Below, piece after piece: positions 33,358 through 33,685 of a stretch of 33,685 nt of DNA. Every line of letters starts with the position of its first letter. Position 1 is the stretch's first letter. The translations under genes and the position numbers were made by a program. Below the pieces are notes generated by a model that was given only the letters and a program-made list of their open reading frames with translations, ran no database searches and was not told the origin of the DNA. The DNA comes from Octopus bimaculoides (Eukaryota), in the NCBI RefSeq assembly GCF_001194135.2, contig NC_068982.1, positions 86,078,495 to 86,112,179 on the forward strand. The letters are read 5' to 3'.

Positions 33358-33685
33358 TTATTTACGACCTCAACATCTCATACCTTTCGCGCTTTAGTCT
33401 GCCCTCTATTATTTATCTTGTTTCTCTCCATGAAATTCAATTGAATTCAGTTTTTGTCATAAATTCATACTTATTCATTTTCTAAGCTTCCTAAATTCAT
33501 GCTACGTATATATTCTATTAACCTAGATTTCATTGCTCTTTTAAAAATTACGATTTATGCATTGTTGTCTCTCAAATATTTAAAATCTACGATTAAGAGG
33601 CCTATCTCCTCGCTGATGGTAACTACCCACCCCTACCCATTTTCCTTTATTCAAAAATTCTTATCGCTCCTTTAAAATTATGGCT

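Noticed and set aside
1-33685. CRISPR arrays, rRNA genes, intact tRNA genes, prokaryotic operons
   Set aside because: None seen; the tRNA-like A/B boxes belong to SINE heads and the tandem repeats are microsatellites.

Overview
AT-rich, repeat-saturated eukaryotic genomic DNA with five assembly gaps (N at 4863-5001, 13270-13496, 22440-22946, 24322-24700, 33003-33012). The SINE/RTE/microsatellite landscape looks like an octopod cephalopod genome; that is my inference from recalled repeat families, not a database result. Most of the window is decayed transposons: several RTE-clade LINE pieces, a Penelope-like element (RT C-terminus plus GIY-YIG), a DD34D mariner, a long Tx1/L1-clade LINE inside a (TCTA)n tract, a CsRn1-lineage Ty3/Gypsy element, a Tc1/mariner-type fragment, an internally deleted piggyBac, and tRNA-derived SINEs. 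I recognise one host coding exon, which the ORF track missed: a 141-nt minus-strand phase 0-0 exon (27768-27908) encoding the IRAG/MRVI1/LRMP coiled-coil motif, so most of the window is probably intron of that gene. The most interesting observations are: (1) a complete type I hammerhead ribozyme motif at 13067-13150, plus two degenerate or truncated ones; (2) a head-to-head Gypsy structure in which one 232-bp TG..CA segment is flanked by two outward-facing tRNA-Trp-like primer-binding sites, each followed by a gag-like start, and does not match the element's 3' LTR; (3) inverted young RTE copies bracketing the host exon. All translations and alignments were done by eye; element boundaries are approximate unless stated otherwise.
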